Shown here in pieces: positions 21,899 to 30,610 of a DNA stretch of 64,000 nucleotides. The notes beneath the pieces were generated by a model. The model was not told the origin of the DNA and ran no database searches. It saw nothing but the letters and a program-made list of their open reading frames with translations. A program made the position numbers and the translations under genes. The stretch's first letter is position 1, and every line of letters begins with the position of its first letter. The stretch lies in NCBI RefSeq assembly GCF_050920415.1, contig NZ_CP169309.1. One strand, written 5' to 3'. This stretch comes from Escherichia coli. Its GTDB lineage: Bacteria; Pseudomonadota; Gammaproteobacteria; Enterobacterales; Enterobacteriaceae.

Positions 21899-22300
21899 CT
21901 ATTTCACAGTGTCGTTTAATGCCACTGGATGATATTCGCCTTGCTCTTTCGTTAGAGCTATCAGGGTGGCGACTCCCTGATGATGCAAAGATTGACGACC
22001 ATCATTCTCACGATGATATAAGTTGTTAAGTTCCAGTAGTTTGGCTTTTGCAATGGCCTCTACAGATTTCCAGAATTTGTGGGGGTCTGTACTCTCTTCC
22101 TGTTCGTCAGGAATGTTATTGTCCTCAACAGAAACAGAATACAGTCCGGTAAACGCATCGCGCACATTACGAGCCATATTATCAATGTCTTTTTTCGTTT
22201 CAGCTTCTAATGCAACTTCGTTCAGACGTTGACGAAGTGTATGTGCTGCAATTTCTTGGATTTCTTTTGGTAACTCTTTAAATTCCATAGTCAACCTCAT
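21899..22300 (-). CDS. hypothetical prophage early protein (pL operon)
   Basis: 133-aa ORF between the immunity region and dicF; no recognised motif. Confidence 0.45.
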   Translation of the reverse strand: MRLTMEFKELPKEIQEIAAHTLRQRLNEVALEAETKKDIDNMARNVRDAFTGLYSVSVEDNNIPDEQEESTDPHKFWKSVEAIAKAKLLELNNLYHRENDGRQSLHHQGVATLIALTKEQGEYHPVALNDTVK

Positions 22301-22530
22301 CAGTCAGTGTTTCTGGCTAACCAGCGATGCGCGCCAGTTTCGGTTTTAAACGTTTTGCTTTTGGTATATGTCATCGCGGTGAACGTACCGTCCTGGTTGG
22401 GGAACACGCCACATACCAGAGATTCGCTGTTGCCAAGATCGATAGTATCCATGCTGACCTCATTTCCCCTTAACGCCGGGGTGGCGGAACAAAAACCTGC
22501 TGCATAGTTAAAGTTGAACCCTGCCGTCAT
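22300..22530 (-). CDS. hypothetical prophage early protein (first gene of leftward operon)
   Basis: 76-aa ORF directly downstream of the putative pL/OL region. Confidence 0.4.
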   Translation of the reverse strand: MTAGFNFNYAAGFCSATPALRGNEVSMDTIDLGNSESLVCGVFPNQDGTFTAMTYTKSKTFKTETGAHRWLARNTD

Positions 22531-22620
22531 GTTCTTACGCCTCGGGCTGGCTACTTAACCCCTGACCACTGCCTGGTAACTCGAAGTATTGCCCTGCGTT
22601 CTGTGGGGCGGGGTGGTATA

Positions 22621-22650
22621 CTATAAAACTAAATCTATTTAGTTTTATAG
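22621..22650. promoter_or_regulatory. 30-bp near-perfect palindrome, candidate OL operator for the CI-like repressor (approximate coordinates)
   Basis: CTATAAAACTAAAT-CT-ATTTAGTTTTATAG with 14-bp arms; shares the TTTTAG/CTAAAA half-site with inverted repeats in the cI-cro intergenic region; preceded by TATACT. Confidence 0.4.
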
Positions 22651-22673
22651 TCAAGCGCGATCTAGATATATTT

Positions 22674-22697
22674 AAAAAAAGGTCGACAAAGCCGACC
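22674..22697 (-). terminator. rho-independent terminator downstream of the repressor gene (approximate)
   Basis: Minus-strand hairpin GGTCGGCTTTGTCGACC followed by a 7-T run, about 25 nt after the cI stop. Confidence 0.5.
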
Positions 22698-22721
22698 TCT
22701 GATTGAAAAACAAAGTGGAAG

Positions 22722-23366
22722 CTATAGGCTGAACTGCACACCTTTTGCTACAGCAACAATTTTACATTCAGGTGTCAGTAAGGACGATTGATAGCGAGGA
22801 TTGAGGGGGCTTAAATACACGAGTTTTCCGTCGATGACTAATTTTTTTATAGTCATAGATGGTTCGTTTGTAAGCGGATCTGGGACTATTACAGCGACGA
22901 TACTACCATTTTTATATTTTTCTCTAGGCCTCATGATCACTGTGGCACCAACCGGAATGCTTGGCGACCCTGATGGGTTGTGCATAGTGTCATCAGGCAT
23001 TGAAACGGCAAAATCCCCCTCCTTGACGTCAAAGAATGTGGTGATTCTGTCGGCATTTCCCATAGTTTTCTCTCCTTCTAAAATTAGGAAAGAAATTGCT
23101 TCCCCCCATGAAAGATAGGGGATTTGGGTGCCTGAATTGTTCTGCACAAGGGTAGGTTCAGTAGACGATACTCCATATAGGAGATAGGACTCAGTAGTTC
23201 CTAGTGCTTGGGCTAATTTACTAAGAGCTTTGCTACCGGGTTCGTTTAGGTCTTTCTCCCAGTACCCTATAGTTACCCCTGTTACGCCAGAAAGCTTGCC
23301 CAGTTCGACTTGGGTCAGTCCCTTGTCTTTTCTGAGTCTCTTAAGCCTAATGCCAAGGCTTTCCAT
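22722..23366 (-). CDS. cI: CI-like prophage repressor (HTH_XRE plus S24 LexA-like autopeptidase)
   Basis: 214 aa from third ATG (RBS GGGAG); N-terminal HTH (LTQVELGKLSGVTGVTIGYWE); C-terminal S24 fold with Ser in GDFAVSM and Lys in TIKKL; divergent to cro-like gene. Confidence 0.9.
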   Translation of the reverse strand: MESLGIRLKRLRKDKGLTQVELGKLSGVTGVTIGYWEKDLNEPGSKALSKLAQALGTTESYLLYGVSSTEPTLVQNNSGTQIPYLSWGEAISFLILEGEKTMGNADRITTFFDVKEGDFAVSMPDDTMHNPSGSPSIPVGATVIMRPREKYKNGSIVAVIVPDPLTNEPSMTIKKLVIDGKLVYLSPLNPRYQSSLLTPECKIVAVAKGVQFSL

Positions 23367-23372
23367 CATCAT

Positions 23373-23464
23373 CTCCCGTGAATTGAATATAAATTATTTT
23401 AGATTGCATTGACCTAAAAAAAATTATCCTTTAATCTAAAAATACTTAGTTTTAGGAGGGTGAA
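23373..23464. promoter_or_regulatory. divergent pRM/pR promoter-operator region (OR)
   Basis: TTGACC-17 nt-TAATCT promoter reading into cro; inverted repeats TTTTAG...CTAAAA and CTAAAA-N8-TTTTAG; AGGAGGG RBS before cro ATG. Confidence 0.6.
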
Positions 23465-23692
23465 ATGCGAGTTGATGAACTTGTCCAGTTTTTTGGCTCT
23501 GTTCAGAGAGTTGCCGATTTTTATGGGATAACCCGTGAAGCTATATACATGTGGCGCAAACGTCCTGGTGAAATAGTTCCCAAGGGGAGGGCCGCGGAAG
23601 CTGCCGCATACTCCAAGGGAAAATTATCTTTGAACCCAGAACTTTACAAAAAGAAGGATAACACCTTGAACGAAGGAAAGAATGATTCATGA
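23465..23692 (+). CDS. cro: Cro/DicC-like small repressor
   Basis: 75-aa ORF with strong RBS, divergent from cI; HTH-like segment (VADFYGITREAIYMWRK). Confidence 0.8.
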   Translation: MRVDELVQFFGSVQRVADFYGITREAIYMWRKRPGEIVPKGRAAEAAAYSKGKLSLNPELYKKKDNTLNEGKNDS

Positions 23693-24114
23693 AAATCAAG
23701 CATGAACACATCCGCATGGCTATGAATGCCTGGGCGCGTCCGGATGGTGAAAAAGTTCCGGCGGCCAAGATAACCAGGGCTTATTTCGAACTGGGAATGA
23801 CGTCCCCGGAACTGTACGACGACAGCCATCCAGAAGCCCTGGTTCGTAATACTCAGAAAATTTTCCGCTGGGTGGAGAAAGACACCACTGATGCGGTTGA
23901 AAAAATTCAGGCGTTGTTACCAGCAATCGAAAAAGCAATGCCACCTCTGCTGGTGGCCCGGATGCGCAGCCACAGTTCAGCCTATTTTCGGGAGTTGGTG
24001 GAGACGCGGGAACGACTGGTGAGAGACGCTGATGATTTTGTCGCAGTGGCAATCGCCGGTTTCAATCAGATGAATCGTGGTGGCCCGGCAGGAAATGCTG
24101 TGGTGATGCACTAA
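23689..24114 (+). CDS. YdaT-like (CII-position) regulatory protein
   Basis: 141-aa ORF start-overlapping the cro stop; position and size match the Cro(YdaS)/YdaT pairs of Rac-type prophages. Confidence 0.55.
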   Translation: MKIKHEHIRMAMNAWARPDGEKVPAAKITRAYFELGMTSPELYDDSHPEALVRNTQKIFRWVEKDTTDAVEKIQALLPAIEKAMPPLLVARMRSHSSAYFRELVETRERLVRDADDFVAVAIAGFNQMNRGGPAGNAVVMH

Positions 24115-24964
24115 AAGCACGGTGTTCGGGGTTTTTTATGAGCAGCAAGCTTCATGGTCTTGTCTGGGAAGGGTGCGCCTTCACCGGCATGATCTTATCC
24201 AGGGTGGCAGTAATGGCTCGCCTTGCAGACTACAGCAATGACGAAGGTGTGTCATGGCCTGCAGTGGAGACCATTCGTCGTCAGATTGGGGCAAAGAGTG
24301 AATCAACGGTTAAAGCGGCGATAGCGGAACTGGAAAAGAACGGCTGGCTGACGAAGGAGGAGCGTAAGGTCGGTGGGCGTAATGAAAGCAATATCTACCG
24401 CCTTAATGTGGAAAAACTCGAAGCAGCAGCTGAGGCGGCGCGTGAGGCATATAAACCGAAAAGAAAAATTAGCCCGGCAAAAAATGACCCGTTAACAGTT
24501 GACCAGTCAAATATTGCCCCCTCAACGGTTGACCCGTCAAATTTTGATGGATCAACCGTTGGTAAAAAACAGCCGGTTAGGGGGGCGATGGTTGGCCCCG
24601 ATCCGTCAGTATTAAAACCTGATCCGTCAGATAAAAGATCTTTTCGTCCGGAAGCTTCGCAACCGGACCCGCAGACGGCTGAACAGGATTTTTTAACCCG
24701 ACATCCTGATGCGGTTGTGTTTAGTGCAAAAAAACGTCAGTGGGGAACTCAGGAGGATTTGGCATGCGCACAGTGGATCTGGGGGCGAATCGTGAGTCTT
24801 TACGAACAGGCCGCCAGCGATGATGGCGAGATCACCCGACCGAAAGAACCCAACTGGACAGCATGGGCCAATGACGTGCGCATAATGCGGATGCTGGATG
24901 GCAGAACTCACAGACAAATCTGTGAACCGCCCCGGGTTTCCTGGAGAGTGTTTTATCTGTGAAC

Positions 24965-25831
24965 TCAGGCTGCCAGATCATTGTTTCCGATGGAAGCATA
25001 ATAAGCTTTTTCTGCTTCTGCCGGAGGAGTATGGCCCAGCCTTCCCAGCAATCGTCGATTGTTATACCAGTCCACCCACGTGAGTGTGGCCAGTTCCACT
25101 TCTGCACGGTTTTTCCAGCTCTTACGGTGTATTACCTCCGCTTTGTAAAGACCATTGATGCTCTCAGCCATCGCGTTGTCATACGAGTCGCCTGTACTCC
25201 CTGTTGATGCCAGCAGTTTTGCTTCTTTTAGTCGCTCCGTATAGGCCAGTGACACATACTGAGAGCCTTTATCGCTGTGATGGATGGTGCCAGACGGACG
25301 ACGGGCCCACAACGCCTGCTCCAGCGCATCCAGCACGAATGTCGTTTCCATAGACGATGAGACCCGCCACCCCACGATGTATCCGGCAAACACATCAATG
25401 ATGAACGCCACATAGACGAAGCCCTGCCATGTGCTGACGTAAGTAAAATCAGCCACCCACAGCTGGTCAGGACGTTCTGCCACGAACTGACGGTTTACGC
25501 GGTCACCTGTGGCAACGGTTTTCCGGCTGACGGTAGTGCGGACCTTTTTACCCCGGAGAACACCGGCAAGTCCCATAACCGCCATGAGGCGCGCCACTGT
25601 ACATCTGGCCACCCTGATTCCTTCCCGTAACAACTGACGCCAGACTTTACGCACACCGTACACCTGATGATTTTCATCGTATACGCGCTGTATCTCTCTC
25701 TTCAGCCAGTCATCGCGCTGCGCACGGGCACTGCGTTTATCAGGATGATGCCGCTGCTGCTGACAATGGTAATACGTTGACGGGGCAATATGCAGTTCAC
25801 TGCATACCGGTCCGACCCCCGTACTGCTCAC
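24965..25831 (-). CDS. IS3-family transposase OrfB (DDE integrase domain)
   Basis: 288-aa ORF with DDE catalytic region; expressed as OrfAB by -1 frameshift. Confidence 0.85.
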   Translation of the reverse strand: MSSTGVGPVCSELHIAPSTYYHCQQQRHHPDKRSARAQRDDWLKREIQRVYDENHQVYGVRKVWRQLLREGIRVARCTVARLMAVMGLAGVLRGKKVRTTVSRKTVATGDRVNRQFVAERPDQLWVADFTYVSTWQGFVYVAFIIDVFAGYIVGWRVSSSMETTFVLDALEQALWARRPSGTIHHSDKGSQYVSLAYTERLKEAKLLASTGSTGDSYDNAMAESINGLYKAEVIHRKSWKNRAEVELATLTWVDWYNNRRLLGRLGHTPPAEAEKAYYASIGNNDLAA

Positions 25832-25852
25832 GCAGCTTATCCAGCAGTGGCA

Positions 25853-26179
25853 TTATTTTTTCCAGAGGCGGTCGAACTCCGCCTTCGCAAAATAAGCGGA
25901 AGCCTGGCGAAGGATATCGTTACTGCGGCGCAGTTCACGATTTTCACGTTCCAGCTCTTTCAGACGCTGACGTTCAGCGGTGGTGAGCCCACCATCACCG
26001 CTCCCGGTATCCCTCTCATGCTGGCGAACCCAGACACGCAGAGTCTCTGGCGTACAGCCAATCTTTGGAGCAATGGAACAAATTGCCGCCCATTGTGAGT
26101 CATATTCGCCCTGACTTTCCAGAACCATACGAACTGCGCGTTGACGGACTTCGGGGGAAAAACGAGTATTTTTAGTCAT
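25853..26179 (-). CDS. IS3-family transposase OrfA (HTH and leucine zipper)
   Basis: 108 aa, [19 protein letters not shown]...; recognised IS629-type OrfA. Confidence 0.85.
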   Translation of the reverse strand: MTKNTRFSPEVRQRAVRMVLESQGEYDSQWAAICSIAPKIGCTPETLRVWVRQHERDTGSGDGGLTTAERQRLKELERENRELRRSNDILRQASAYFAKAEFDRLWKK

Positions 26180-26454
26180 CCTGTTTACCTCTTTCTCAGG
26201 AAGTTTAGTCTCCAGGATTTCCGGGGCGGTTCACTGCGAAATGTTTGGTCGGGTACAGCGGGATCCATTCTGGGTAAAAAACATCATGAGCCCGTCAAAA
26301 CTTCGCGATAAATGGGATGAGCTGGTTATCCGTCTGGGGCGTTCGCCTGTACAGCGTTGTGTGAATCATATTTCTGAACCTGACACCGAAATTCCACCAG
26401 GGTTCAGGGGGTAGGTATTGATTTCAGATCATGAGGTAATTTTCAGGAGGACTT

Positions 26455-26877
26455 GTGGCAAAAGTTTTTACACAAGAAGAGCGGGAAAAAATTAAGGGAC
26501 AGGTTGTTGCACTCGTACGCCAGAGTGGGCGCGAGACGTTACGACAGCTGGAAGCTAAAACAGGTGCGACAAGATATCTGATTAGCGTTCTTGCCTGGGA
26601 GCTGGTTGCCAGTGGCGATGTATACAACTCTGGCTATGGGTTATTCCCGTCAGAACAGGCTCGTAAGGACTGGCAAAACGCCCGCAAAAAACTATCGAGG
26701 GCAAAGGGGAAGAAACCGTCTATGGTTGATCCGGACCTTATCTGGTCATTACCTGACGGAGAAATTCGTCGCTACGATAGTCGCCATAACATGGTTTGTC
26801 GCGAGTGTCTGGAAAGTGAAGTAATGCAGCGAGTGTTGGCATTTTATCAGGGAAATGTTCGCTATTTATTGAAGTGA
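26455..26877 (+). CDS. hypothetical protein, possible DNA-binding regulator
   Basis: 140-aa ORF, GTG start with AGGAGG RBS; sits where a helicase loader would be in lambda. Confidence 0.45.
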   Translation: MAKVFTQEEREKIKGQVVALVRQSGRETLRQLEAKTGATRYLISVLAWELVASGDVYNSGYGLFPSEQARKDWQNARKKLSRAKGKKPSMVDPDLIWSLPDGEIRRYDSRHNMVCRECLESEVMQRVLAFYQGNVRYLLK

Positions 26878-27341
26878 CGAGATTAAAGAGCATTAATACA
26901 TATGTGAATTGACATTTCTGTGGCACAGGGCTAGAACTATTCTCATTGTCAGCGTTGTGCCAGAGTCTGATGTTTGTTGTACATTTGGACGAATAGACGG
27001 CGTTGTTAACTTTAAAAATAACACAGGAACACTTTGAGAAAGTGAACAGGCGTATTTATTTTTTGCTGATGAAGGAGAGTAACTTTAATTTGGGTAATTA
27101 GATTGATAATAGGCCAGACGAAAATAACATTCTGGCACACTTTTGGTCGCTACAGTCATTAGTTAATTTTAAGTGATAAATTTTTATCCATAAGTTAACA
27201 CTAGTGTGTCATCTAGCGAAACCGAATCGCTTTAATCCATAACTTAAAGTTGAATCAGTGGGGTAGCAGTAGGTATGCCGGAACTGATAAACTGTGCAGA
27301 AGGCTAAACATTCATTCACTCGTGAGATAGTAGCATAAATT

Positions 27342-27686
27342 ATGCAAAGAATTATTCCTGATAAAAATTGGTGGGAAAAAGAGCGTATTAATCGTAAAGC
27401 ATCATCAAAATGCCCATATGCTAGTTCATACAGATGTCCTCGGTACTATCAGAGTGTAGTTTTGCTCTCAAGCATCAATATGATAGCTGGTATGGCAACT
27501 AGGAAAGAAAAAGAGTTGGGCGAATTTGGGGAAAGAACTAGTTTCTCATATTTATGTGATGAAGAAGTCCCAACAGTTACTACAAAAGAATATGGCGGCC
27601 TTGCATCAGTTAGTAATTTTTGCCCAGAAATATCATTTAGATATTTACACTATTACGCCGATTATATGTGTAAATATGTTGATTAG
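27342..27686 (+). CDS. hypothetical Cys-containing protein (low-GC cassette A, gene 1)
   Basis: 114-aa ORF in markedly AT-rich DNA after a 460-bp AT-rich non-coding leader; Cys pairs CPY...CPRY. Confidence 0.4.
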   Translation: MQRIIPDKNWWEKERINRKASSKCPYASSYRCPRYYQSVVLLSSINMIAGMATRKEKELGEFGERTSFSYLCDEEVPTVTTKEYGGLASVSNFCPEISFRYLHYYADYMCKYVD

Positions 27687-27755
27687 ATAGATCAGGATAC
27701 TGGCAGGCGTAGTGCGGAAAAAGATAATTTAGAAAATGATTGGAAATATACATGG

Positions 27756-28208
27756 ATGTCAGTCAATCCTAAATTTTATTTAGATTGCGATGTTTTTGAA
27801 AGTGTCAAAAACTTCAATGAAGAATTGGCTAGTGATTACTTAAAGAGATTGCATCCAAATATCATTCAGCAAATAGATAGAATGAATAATTGCTTGGATA
27901 ATAATGACCCTGCGGGTGCACTGCACGCAGCCTCTAATATTCTAGAAACTATGGCGAAGGAAATCACTCAAAACCCGAATGTGGCAAATGAGTCATTGGG
28001 TGGTTTTTTTAAACAGTTCGAAAAAATGTCAAAATTACCTAAGAATCTTATTGATATTGTTAAAGATATTTATGATTTACGCAACAAACTACCTACTGCT
28101 GGACACGGAAGCTTGAACAGGCCTGAATTAACTATGGTAGAAGCTATAACTATTGCGGCAATGACAAAGGCGATTTTAGAAATTGAATATCGAAGCAAAG
28201 CCATCTAA
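27756..28208 (+). CDS. hypothetical protein (low-GC cassette A, gene 2); C-terminal R-N-x5-G-H-G segment possibly HEPN/Abi-like
   Basis: 150-aa ORF; predicted mostly helical; DLRNKLPTAGHGSLNRPE near C-terminus; no confident family assignment. Confidence 0.45.
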   Translation: MSVNPKFYLDCDVFESVKNFNEELASDYLKRLHPNIIQQIDRMNNCLDNNDPAGALHAASNILETMAKEITQNPNVANESLGGFFKQFEKMSKLPKNLIDIVKDIYDLRNKLPTAGHGSLNRPELTMVEAITIAAMTKAILEIEYRSKAI

Positions 28209-28705
28209 CAAACATAAATTATGTGGTTCAAATTCCCGCTATACTTCTGTGTTATTGCCGCCAGCGTCTACTTATCGCTGTGAGTTCAACGGGGCGATGA
28301 TGCGTTAGAGATCTCTGAATCGATTGAAGTCTAAGGTTGTCAGGGCTGTAACAGTAGCCCTGTGTCATGAAAGGATTGCATATTAATTAACGAAGAACAG
28401 ACCAATAGCATTGATAGTTGTTTTCAAAAATAGACCAATAACAAACACGACTGGCCATCTCATCGATTTTCGACAGTATGCAGAAATGGGCGGGATCCAC
28501 ACGCAGTACCAGCTTGCTAAGATAAACGAAAAGGAGACTTTAACCAGTCAGTGGCTGCATGCTGATGGTGATCCGCTATGGGCCGTAGATGTTGTTTGAT
28601 GTACGCAGAAAGAGACGACGAAGGGCACTATGCCGAAAACTAAATCGGTTTTAGAGATTAACCGCGCTGGTGAGCTGGAGTGATTGACTTTTAGAACGCC
28701 AGAAA

Positions 28706-28733
28706 GCAAAAACCTCACAATCGAGTGAGGTTT
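28706..28733. terminator. bidirectional rho-independent terminator between the two accessory cassettes (approximate)
   Basis: Hairpin AACCTCAC-aatcgag-GTGAGGTT flanked by an A-run upstream and T-run downstream; immediately 3' of the minus-strand cassette. Confidence 0.5.
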
Positions 28734-28746
28734 TGTTAAGGGCTTA

Positions 28747-29379
28747 CTATTTTTTGGCAATTAGTGCATGCATCGCCATTTCATGACCTTTTCTGCGAAG
28801 TTTTTTCACACGGGGCTTGAGCCTAGTGAAAGAACTTGGGCTAATTGTCGACTCAGCTTCAACTATATCATTGCGGGGAGCACCCGTTTTAGCATCTTCA
28901 TAGCGGATAAGTATTTTAAACGTGCCCTCATCAACTCCGACACCTTGCAAGTGATGAAGTTTAGATGAAACAGCACCGATTAAATAATCATGAATTCCTT
29001 GCAGGCCCGTTTTACCGATTGGTGAATAGGTATGCAACATATTTGCACCTACAGGAAGGAACTGGCGAAAGTCAGGAACATGCATCTTGTTAACTTCAAC
29101 AGAAGTGTATGCTTTCATGTCAAAAGAAACTCCAGGTTTCCGTGCATTGACTTCTAGCCATTGAGGCAAATCGAGAATATATTTGCTCTCAGCAGTTACT
29201 TCCAGTTTCTTCCTAGACGATAATGTCACGTCCATTACCTGAGCCATATCAGCCATAGAAAGCTCAGCGGCCTTCCGGTTGATGGCTTGTACCCGCTCGC
29301 TCACGTTAGGTCCGAATGCATCGAACAACGAAATTTCAGCAGCTGGTTTAATGGCTTCAGTTTTAACAGACATATACAC
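28747..29379 (-). CDS. hypothetical protein, partner of zeta-like kinase (cassette B, gene 2)
   Basis: 210-aa ORF about 19 nt downstream of the kinase gene on the same strand; no recognisable motif. Confidence 0.5.
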   Translation of the reverse strand: MYMSVKTEAIKPAAEISLFDAFGPNVSERVQAINRKAAELSMADMAQVMDVTLSSRKKLEVTAESKYILDLPQWLEVNARKPGVSFDMKAYTSVEVNKMHVPDFRQFLPVGANMLHTYSPIGKTGLQGIHDYLIGAVSSKLHHLQGVGVDEGTFKILIRYEDAKTGAPRNDIVEAESTISPSSFTRLKPRVKKLRRKGHEMAMHALIAKK

Positions 29380-29398
29380 TCCTTAGATAGGACACTTA

Positions 29399-30097
29399 TT
29401 ATACACCTAAATGCGCTAGATCGCTAACGTCTGAATATGGGCAGCTATGGGAGGTAGTCCAGTTTTCAAGGGTCACGTTAGGAGTATAGTCGACCACGAA
29501 CTGACCATCATTTTCAGGATCTTCCCGTCGATGATAAACATTGAGTGTAAATAGGCCTGCATATTTCGCGAGCATATGTTCAATGGTCTCTCTGCTCTTG
29601 AAAAAGTTCGCTTTAAGAACCTCTAACGGAACCTTACGAGAGCGGGCTTGGGCAAAAACCCACGCGTAAGCCGGATCAAAATAGACGTAATTCAGTGCTA
29701 CCTGATAACCAGCCTTCAGGGCCAGATCAAAGTTTCTCTCCGCAATACCTATACTGGAGAAAGTAGAGTCCATAACAATGGGATAGCCTTCAGATAGCGC
29801 TTTTTTGTAGATAAAATCGACCATTCTGGAGGCAGGTCTCTGATAGTCCACAGAGTTCTCTTCATTGTAGTAGGGGAACCACCAGCGAAAATCATCAGCA
29901 TCAATTCGAACAATGTTTGTGATGCCATGTTGTTCTAAAAGACGATTTAAGAGCTCGGTTTTACCTGCAGCAGGCGAACCAGCCATAAACAGGACGTGCT
30001 TGGCATTGGCATTTTTGTTTGCTGTTACGTAACTATAAACGTAAGGGCGAATTGCCTCACCAAACTCAGGCAGTATGGTTTCAAGTTCTTTTTTCAT
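29399..30097 (-). CDS. zeta-toxin-like P-loop kinase (cassette B, gene 1)
   Basis: 232-aa ORF; Walker A FMAGSPAAGKTEL followed about 20 residues later by RIDADDFR, the arrangement seen in zeta/PezT/AvrRxo1-type kinases; low-GC context. Confidence 0.6.
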   Translation of the reverse strand: MKKELETILPEFGEAIRPYVYSYVTANKNANAKHVLFMAGSPAAGKTELLNRLLEQHGITNIVRIDADDFRWWFPYYNEENSVDYQRPASRMVDFIYKKALSEGYPIVMDSTFSSIGIAERNFDLALKAGYQVALNYVYFDPAYAWVFAQARSRKVPLEVLKANFFKSRETIEHMLAKYAGLFTLNVYHRREDPENDGQFVVDYTPNVTLENWTTSHSCPYSDVSDLAHLGV

Positions 30098-30261
30098 CGG
30101 TAAATCATGCCGTGGTAGTTTTAGTTTTATTTAACAATATCATAAACGTTTAAAGATGGTTACAAATTAGCTAGATTTGTGAGCGCTTTAACCTCTAAAA
30201 CCCTCTGGAACCCAATACCGCTTTTCTGGCTGTCTTTTCAATACGGCATCCAGCGCATCAC

Positions 30262-30600
30262 TTACTCGGTCTGTATGCGGTTCATTGCTGAAGTCGCCAG
30301 TTGCGGGTAAATCTGCATCTCTGCGCCGTTTAAGATTCGCGTATTTACGCGCAAGCGCTCGATGGCTTCATTTTGCTGGTGGCTTTCCTTCCTCGCGGCT
30401 ATTCTAGCTATCTGATTGGCTGCTATGGCCTTTGCCGCTGTCATGGAATGCGCCAGAGTCTTATCCGTCATCATTACACGCTGCGTTTCCAGCATGCTGG
30501 AATGATCTCTTTTTGTTGTTCTTGAAGAAGAACTCTTATTCTTCGGTATATCATTTTGACAGGGGGCAGTGTAAGTATCCCTGCAAAACGAACCATTCAC
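30262..30600 (-). CDS. hypothetical protein (weak call)
   Basis: 112-aa ORF; the C-terminal 70 aa look protein-like, the N-terminal part may be spurious. Confidence 0.3.
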   Translation of the reverse strand: MNGSFCRDTYTAPCQNDIPKNKSSSSRTTKRDHSSMLETQRVMMTDKTLAHSMTAAKAIAANQIARIAARKESHQQNEAIERLRVNTRILNGAEMQIYPQLATSAMNRIQTE

Positions 30601-30610
30601 TTTAACAGAT

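Larger units (their letters stand above)
24923..26232 (-). mobile_element. IS3-family insertion sequence (IS629/IS1203-like), about 1310 bp (ends approximate)
   Basis: Terminal inverted repeats TGAACCGCCCCGGGTTTCCTGGAG... / ...TCCAGGATTTCCGGGGCGGTTCA; orfA and orfB in -1 frameshift arrangement; flanked by 3-bp direct repeat CTG. Confidence 0.85.
24138..26414 (+). pseudogene. phage replication initiation-like protein (N-terminal winged-helix), interrupted by an IS629-like insertion
   Basis: ORF 24138..24962 runs into the IS end at about 24923; the same frame resumes after the IS (about 26237) for 59 more codons to TAG at 26412..26414; restored protein about 321 aa. Confidence 0.6.

Noticed and set aside
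28411-28760. Small ORFs (62 and 70 aa) between the two accessory cassettes
   Set aside because: Overlap each other on opposite strands, span the bidirectional terminator, and lack RBS; possibly remnants rather than genes.
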